A stretch of 64,000 nucleotides of DNA from Phoronis australis (lineage: Eukaryota; Animalia; Phoronida): NCBI GenBank assembly GCA_002633005.1, contig NMRA01000160.1, positions 1 through 64,000 on the forward strand, written 5' to 3'. Below are positions 61,801-64,000 of the stretch, piece by piece. Numbering within the stretch: position 1 is the first letter of the stretch; each line of letters begins with the position of its first letter. Under the pieces are notes generated by a model. That model did not search any database, had not been told where the DNA came from, and saw only the letters and a list, made by a program, of their open reading frames with translations. Made by a program: the position numbers and the translations under genes.

Positions 61801-62746
61801 TAGGTACAACATGGCTTGCAGATATGCAGACAACAGACATGTTAAATTAATAATATTTGGATCATCCATCCAATGCTATGTTTTTATATATTTATTTAAT
61901 TTTTTCTACACTTAATAACAGCGATTGGTTGACTTATCTTTGAGATTCATGGTTGAGACGTATTATTAAATTTTAAATTTTCTTGAACCAGCTGTCAGCT
62001 TCAAGAGACAAAGTTAAGGTTTCAGATGAATATGTGATGTGAAGCTGTGCCATGTGCCTACTATCAGTAAAGTACACACATATTGTACAGGGTCTGGTCA
62101 AAATCACACTGCCAAGGTTTCCATGGGATTGTACTGTAAATTTACTTAAATTTGAAAAAATAATGTCCAGAATTGTAATTTTTTTTCATTTTCAATTGCT
62201 CATTCTATTGCCAAAAATGTTCATAATTTAATCATTTGTTTGTTGGTGACAGACGTACTGTATCAAATTTTCAAAATGATGAAGTGAAATTGTCTTCTTC
62301 TTTACTGTTGCTAAAAATTTTAATAAGATAAGATGTGCTTGTTTTGCCATATTGTGTTCTAAATGGAATACTTGTGAATTTATTGTCTCTGCGCTATTGT
62401 GAACACTCTCTCAAAGGTTTGAACACAACTTAACATTTCTGCTCTAATATATATATTATAGACGTTGTAGTGGAGGTGAAAAGAGACTTTGGATCCTTCG
62501 GTACTGTGCGGGTCAATTACACGACCCTAACTAGGAACCAGTACTTTGCTTATCTCCCTGGTAATGTCGAGAGAGCAAACGCCACTGACTTTGTCTCGAC
62601 GCACGGCTCTCTCATTTTCTCCAGTGGGGAGAGAACGAAGACTTTCAACGTCACTATCATAGACGACGACATTGCGGAAACGGACGAAACCGTGTTTGCG
62701 ATTCTCACTGGCCTGGATCTCATTCAGGGCTCTCAGATTAGAGGAG
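13618..62746 (+). CDS. ADGRV1: Adhesion G protein-coupled receptor V1 (VLGR1/GPR98) orthologue, 5' part: 34 coding exons, about 2058 aa, 3'-incomplete
   Basis: Signal peptide followed by many Calx-beta repeats (R-x-x-G-x-x-G-x-V-x-V, DD-x-x-PE-x-x-E-x-F, ND-x-P-x-G-x-F motifs) interrupted by one LamG/pentraxin domain at about aa 1320-1480, matching vertebrate ADGRV1 architecture. All exons join by hand with GT-AG sites and matching phases. Confidence 0.93.
15030..15105 (+). CDS. ADGRV1: ADGRV1 coding exon 2, copy a (VLEADITANGGNDFLGDSQVAKFSA)
   Basis: cttgtag acceptor, gtaag donor, phase 0 to 1. Confidence 0.8.
15378..15538 (+). other. 5'-truncated duplicate of ADGRV1 coding exon 1, directly after an N
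   Basis: Identical to 13640-13800 but lacks the acceptor and true start; begins at N 15377. Confidence 0.8.
16768..16843 (+). CDS. ADGRV1: ADGRV1 coding exon 2, copy b (VLEADITANGGNDFNGNSQVADFSA)
   Basis: Duplicate of 15030-15105 with intact splice sites and 3 amino-acid differences. Confidence 0.75.
17327..17508 (+). CDS. ADGRV1: ADGRV1 coding exon 3 (Calx-beta: TDDSIPEDAETF...ANDNAFGVFSF)
   Basis: tttcag / gtaagt, phase 1 to 0. Confidence 0.9.
17921..18013 (+). CDS. ADGRV1: ADGRV1 coding exon 4 (PSPVEVKEGDTVTLTIDREFGKFGNVTLSYQ)
   Basis: tttcag / gtacga, phase 0 to 0. Confidence 0.88.
18229..18339 (+). CDS. ADGRV1: ADGRV1 coding exon 5
   Basis: ttgcag / gtaagg; IIGATPLQDISPSAGGQVVF...NDQ. 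Confidence 0.88.
18663..18785 (+). CDS. ADGRV1: ADGRV1 coding exon 6
   Basis: tctag / gtacgt; VPENDESYTV...KNDAPLRFVQ. Confidence 0.88.
19290..19697 (+). CDS. ADGRV1: ADGRV1 coding exon 7 (complete Calx-beta)
   Basis: ttgtag / gttggt; within ORF 19302-19808, ADNIPEIGETF...ANDDENG. Confidence 0.9.
20139..20283 (+). CDS. ADGRV1: ADGRV1 coding exon 8
   Basis: caccag / gtgaga; VRSSGTFGDVSVQW. Confidence 0.9.
20767..20996 (+). CDS. ADGRV1: ADGRV1 coding exon 9
   Basis: ttgtag / gtaatt; QDSVPEPAELF...DSDNAYG. Confidence 0.9.
21861..21978 (+). CDS. ADGRV1: ADGRV1 coding exon 10
   Basis: tatcag / gtaaga; STDPRHLEISIERLQGTFEDITVTF. Confidence 0.87.
22190..22336 (+). CDS. ADGRV1: ADGRV1 coding exon 11
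   Basis: tttcag / gtaagg; NGAFLSVGAQFTVTLKSVSL, phase 1 to 1. Confidence 0.87.
22781..22929 (+). CDS. ADGRV1: ADGRV1 coding exon 12
   Basis: ttccag / gtaagt; NSPVLG...AANGEIGF. Confidence 0.88.
23228..23366 (+). CDS. ADGRV1: ADGRV1 coding exon 13
   Basis: tttcag / gtgagg; LTREGTNGQAFVFW. Confidence 0.9.
23855..24069 (+). CDS. ADGRV1: ADGRV1 coding exon 14
   Basis: ttacag / gtaagt; PDDTPETDE...ENDNPGGTFQF. Confidence 0.9.
25880..26068 (+). CDS. ADGRV1: ADGRV1 coding exon 15
   Basis: tcttag / gtgagt; EEGQAVEMSVVRSGG...DDNVPE. Confidence 0.9.
26897..27047 (+). CDS. ADGRV1: ADGRV1 coding exon 16
   Basis: tgtcag / gtgagg; LTESFTL...SNDPYGVLTF. Confidence 0.9.
28068..28264 (+). CDS. ADGRV1: ADGRV1 coding exon 17
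   Basis: tttag / gtacct; RQRGTFGTVTVNW. Confidence 0.9.
28960..30010 (-). mobile_element. 5'-truncated L1/Tx1-clade LINE (ORF2 C-terminal zf-RVT region, 3' UTR, decayed A-rich tail)
   Basis: ORF 29449-29952: WFEIRLTHRILSTNTFLHKIG...CTFCKKEPEDLIHLYWSC...FW...GKYHIY, typical of Tx1/L1 ORF2 C-termini. Confidence 0.88.
30025..30148 (+). CDS. ADGRV1: ADGRV1 coding exon 18
   Basis: tcctag / gtactt; LPENAETFYVNLTTVTGGARLG...KNDDAIYF. Confidence 0.9.
30185..30511. mobile_element. GGCC-ended Harbinger-like MITE, copy 1
   Basis: aggccaaaaaagagcaattggttctg / cagaaccaagtatgctttttcgccct ends; internal similarity to copies at 33260 and 41050. Confidence 0.6.
30727..31344 (+). mobile_element. HINE / DINE-1-like (pearl-like) non-autonomous Helentron
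   Basis: 5' T-run plus subTIR atgcgcccac with adjacent inverted repeat, (GTCC)n microsatellite, 3' subTIR gtgggtgcat, short hairpin caacgctctgtgttg, cttgtt end; related 5' end near 7860-7905. Confidence 0.8.
31499..31762 (+). CDS. ADGRV1: ADGRV1 coding exon 19
   Basis: ttccag / gtaaaa; YSTIDGSATAQDRDY...DNVPETDEIF. Confidence 0.9.
33101..33230 (+). CDS. ADGRV1: ADGRV1 coding exon 20
   Basis: ttgcag / gtgagt; ANDDANGVFSF, phase 1 to 2. Confidence 0.9.
33260..33570. mobile_element. GGCC-ended Harbinger-like MITE, copy 2
   Basis: taaggccaaaaaagcatatttggtgctgg ... ccagaaccaacaaatctttttgggtgtaa. Confidence 0.55.
34149..34372 (+). CDS. ADGRV1: ADGRV1 coding exon 21
   Basis: ttgcag / gtaagt; RERGRFGVVNVYW...DSEPEYAETF. 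Confidence 0.9.
34866..35080 (+). CDS. ADGRV1: ADGRV1 coding exon 22
   Basis: ctgcag / gtatgc; ENDDPYGVFAF. Confidence 0.9.
35757..35901 (+). CDS. ADGRV1: ADGRV1 coding exon 23 (linker into LamG)
   Basis: tttcag / gtaagt; VLWEVFS...DLLFL. Confidence 0.87.
36892..37100 (+). CDS. ADGRV1: ADGRV1 coding exon 24 (LamG/pentraxin N-half)
   Basis: ttacag / gttagt; FSLSARV...GFVVAK...YYGLKV. Confidence 0.88.
37872..38143 (+). CDS. ADGRV1: ADGRV1 coding exon 25 (LamG/pentraxin C-half)
   Basis: ttatag / gtaagt; WYHLLVTV...LYLDG...FTGRMQDVRVFSRKL, a laminin-G3/pentraxin signature. Confidence 0.9.
38629..38843 (+). CDS. ADGRV1: ADGRV1 coding exon 26
   Basis: ttttag / gtaggg; DTEVEGNEVFSVKL. Confidence 0.9.
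39803..40041 (+). CDS. ADGRV1: ADGRV1 coding exon 27
   Basis: ttgcag / gtgcgt; KSDNANGLFGF. Confidence 0.9.
40748..41008 (+). CDS. ADGRV1: ADGRV1 coding exon 28
   Basis: tttcag / gtgagt; NDDLPELIEKF...TSGASID...NDYPYGLLQF. Confidence 0.92.
41050..41424. mobile_element. GGCC-ended Harbinger-like MITE, copy 3, with internal about 90-bp tandem duplication
   Basis: taagccaaac... / ccagaaccaactgttttttttgtttggcctaa; duplicated unit within 41146-41329. Confidence 0.6.
42267..42404 (+). CDS. ADGRV1: ADGRV1 coding exon 29
   Basis: ctccag / gtgagt; RLLVVRAQGVTGRV; followed by a 15.1-kb phase-0 intron. Confidence 0.92.
43387..43455. repeat. 23-bp minisatellite, three copies (accttgggctattgggcatctgt)
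   Basis: Direct inspection. Confidence 0.9.
46185..46190 (-). terminator. Candidate AATAAA polyadenylation signal of the lectin gene
   Basis: AATAAA on the minus strand about 480 nt past the stop; motif is common in AT-rich DNA. Confidence 0.35.
46669..46922 (-). CDS. Nested secreted C-type lectin, exon 2 (C-half of CTLD and stop)
   Basis: ttccacag acceptor, phase 1; WWLGG...WVW...FTNW...EPD...C...WNDDPC...FICE. Confidence 0.92.
48850..49100 (+). repeat. Dispersed repeat in the lectin intron, second copy at about 60900-61150
   Basis: tctgcaaataggtgacctttgcactaatgacgt...tgttgtgtttctaactaattt shared. Confidence 0.85.
49223..49796 (-). CDS. Nested secreted C-type lectin, exon 1 (signal peptide, linker, helical neck, N-half of CTLD)
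   Basis: MKMKTLILQAIVVLQLNYIVAG signal; CPSGY...SCYRF...TWSSANEHC...GGHLVFIET..EN; donor CCAG|gtaac, phase 1. Confidence 0.9.
49913..49919 (-). promoter_or_regulatory. Putative TATA box of the nested lectin gene
   Basis: CTATAAAAG on the minus strand about 120 nt upstream of the lectin ATG. Confidence 0.6.
50954..52352. mobile_element. Tc2/pogo-like (Tc1-mariner superfamily) non-autonomous element, 1.4 kb
   Basis: Perfect 25-bp TIR CCGTATTCGCCGTAATAACCGCCCA; TA on right flank, TG on left; subterminal ataagcgcccccc near both ends; no long ORF. Confidence 0.85.
53054..53273. mobile_element. Short hAT-like MITE (CAGGGCTT...AAGCCCTG)
   Basis: Terminal inverted repeats; TSD not recognisable. 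Confidence 0.5.
56982..57305. repeat. Imperfect tandem repeat, period about 179 bp
   Basis: caaatttgg..ctgcctcaggtttgtctatgttt..caacact block repeated. Confidence 0.8.
57509..57679 (+). CDS. ADGRV1: ADGRV1 coding exon 30
   Basis: ttccag / gtgagc; NDGGTLEFSENE...DNSIPEDDKSFFVELHNPTGGA completes the Calx-beta begun in exon 29. Confidence 0.9.
58708..58809 (+). CDS. ADGRV1: ADGRV1 coding exon 31
   Basis: tttcag / gtaagt; NSDDAYGVFSF. Confidence 0.88.
58778..58957 (+). repeat. About 46-bp tandem repeat copying the 3' end and donor of ADGRV1 exon 31
   Basis: Four units of gttgtacaacactgttgatcttactgtaagttgtctgta; further remnants at 59260-59321. Confidence 0.88.
59560..59763 (+). CDS. ADGRV1: ADGRV1 coding exon 32
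   Basis: tctcag / gtacta; VERTGGLIGSVTVYW...IPELDETF. Confidence 0.9.
60221..60428. mobile_element. Small CATG-ended MITE
   Basis: catgtgcacaccc / gggtgcgcgcatg imperfect TIRs; flanks catca / catta. Confidence 0.5.
61683..61803 (+). CDS. ADGRV1: ADGRV1 coding exon 33
   Basis: tcttag / gtacaa; ANDDPYGMF. Confidence 0.88.
62462..62746 (+). CDS. ADGRV1: ADGRV1 coding exon 34 (last recognised in window)
   Basis: ttatag / gtacgt; KRDFGSFGTVRVNY...DDDIAETDETV. Confidence 0.9.
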
Positions 62747-62798
62747 GTACGTTATTTTGATAACTTGCAGTGAATATTCGGAGTTCTCGCTATGAACA

Positions 62799-62870
62799 AA
62801 CATTCACTGCAAGTACAACGAACATTCATTGCAAGTGCAATGAATGTTCGTTGTACTTGCAGTGAATGTT
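62799..62870. repeat. Perfect 35-bp inverted repeat with a 2-nt loop
   Basis: aacattcactgcaagtacaacgaacattcattgca-ag-tgcaatgaatgttcgttgtacttgcagtgaatgtt. Confidence 0.93.
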
Positions 62871-64000
62871 GGTTGTGGTTGTAATGAATACTCAGTGTGT
62901 TCCATGCATATGGAAAAGGTAGAAATTTTGGAAAATTACAAAAATAGTTTTCATGCGTGAAAAACGACATTGAAATCAACAATGAAAAACAAACTCAAAT
63001 CTTACAAGTCTCGTTATCATTTCTTGATTTTCGTTACGTTTGCTTCTTGATGCATTTGTTTTATGTCCCAAAATAACTGCAGTAAAGTAAAAAAAATACC
63101 GTGGATAGCTCTTGGAATATGAAAGTAACATGAGAGGGGACCATGAAGTGATCTCTTCTAAATGTTAACTGTCTCAGCAGAGGTGGACTTAATACGAATA
63201 AATTTCACAATTTATTACAGGCTCTTCATCCAGCAGTAAGTTTAAATTTTAGATTAACCTGTAGCGGTGCAGCCATGCATTGAGACAGACAAACTTCGAG
63301 TCGTACAACAGGGCCTACAGTCTAAGCTCGGTTCTCGAAAACAAATCAAAAATTGCCTTTCACGCTAGTTGAGTAAACATGGAAATTTGTACTCAAATCA
63401 TGCACCGTGATTGGTTAAATTTCGAGTCTGAGTCAATTCTGAGATCAAAGATTAGACCTGGGTCAGAACCACTGAGTCATCTGCTCGAATCTTACGTTCA
63501 CGCAAAAAGTCATTCATTCGAATGGAAATCATTGCGTGCCTGATTTTTTGTTCAAACAATTGTGCAGTTTATATGACGTATGCTTTTTTGTGTACGTGAG
63601 ATTCAATGTCTGTAGCTAATGATTCAGTCGTTAGGCATGGGATTCGAAATTCATAACTATGATTGGCTGGTACTCTTATTAAGGTGCCGTCTATTTACTG
63701 TATGTTTAATTGTTAACATTTTCACAGCTTCAGTCTGCATGTCACTCACTAGTAGACAAATAAATGGTAGAACTTATATCAACTAATTTATGTAACAACC
63801 TCTTGTGATTTCCAAGTTTCTATACGGATAAAATAACATTACAAAAACTGCGACTGACTTTTCTAATGTCGTTCTGCACACGAGCACGCTTTCCAGACCT
63901 TAGAAGCAGACACATTGTTGAAAAATACTTTAAAATGCAACCGGACAAAGTTCCCAGGTCACCAAACAGCAATCAAGGTCATCAAAATGAGAAAACCTCG

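Noticed and set aside
13618-62746. Na/Ca exchanger, FRAS1/FREM or bacterial Calx-beta adhesin as alternative identity
   Set aside because: No transmembrane exchanger segments or CSPG repeats; spliceosomal introns and LamG position fit ADGRV1

Overview
Eukaryotic, AT-rich, intron-dense animal DNA, probably an invertebrate (taxon not determinable from sequence alone). The window is dominated by the 5' part of an ADGRV1 (VLGR1/GPR98/USH2C) orthologue on the + strand. I could chain 34 coding exons with GT-AG boundaries and compatible phases from ATG 13618 to 62746 (6175 nt, about 2058 aa): signal peptide, tandem Calx-beta repeats, a LamG/pentraxin domain at about aa 1320-1480, then more Calx-beta. 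The gene continues beyond the window. Its 15.1-kb intron (42405-57508) hosts an antisense, two-exon, secreted C-type lectin gene (about 275 aa, EPD/WND motifs) with its own TATA box. The rest is transposon-rich: a 720-bp foldback element with an 8-bp TSD that appears to split an exon, Tc2-like and Harbinger-like MITEs, a HINE/DINE-1-like Helentron derivative and an L1/Tx1 LINE 3' fragment. Two duplications flanking single Ns look like haplotype-overlap assembly artefacts, one carrying two unusually divergent versions of ADGRV1 coding exon 2. No prokaryotic-type systems, RNA genes or CRISPR arrays were seen.
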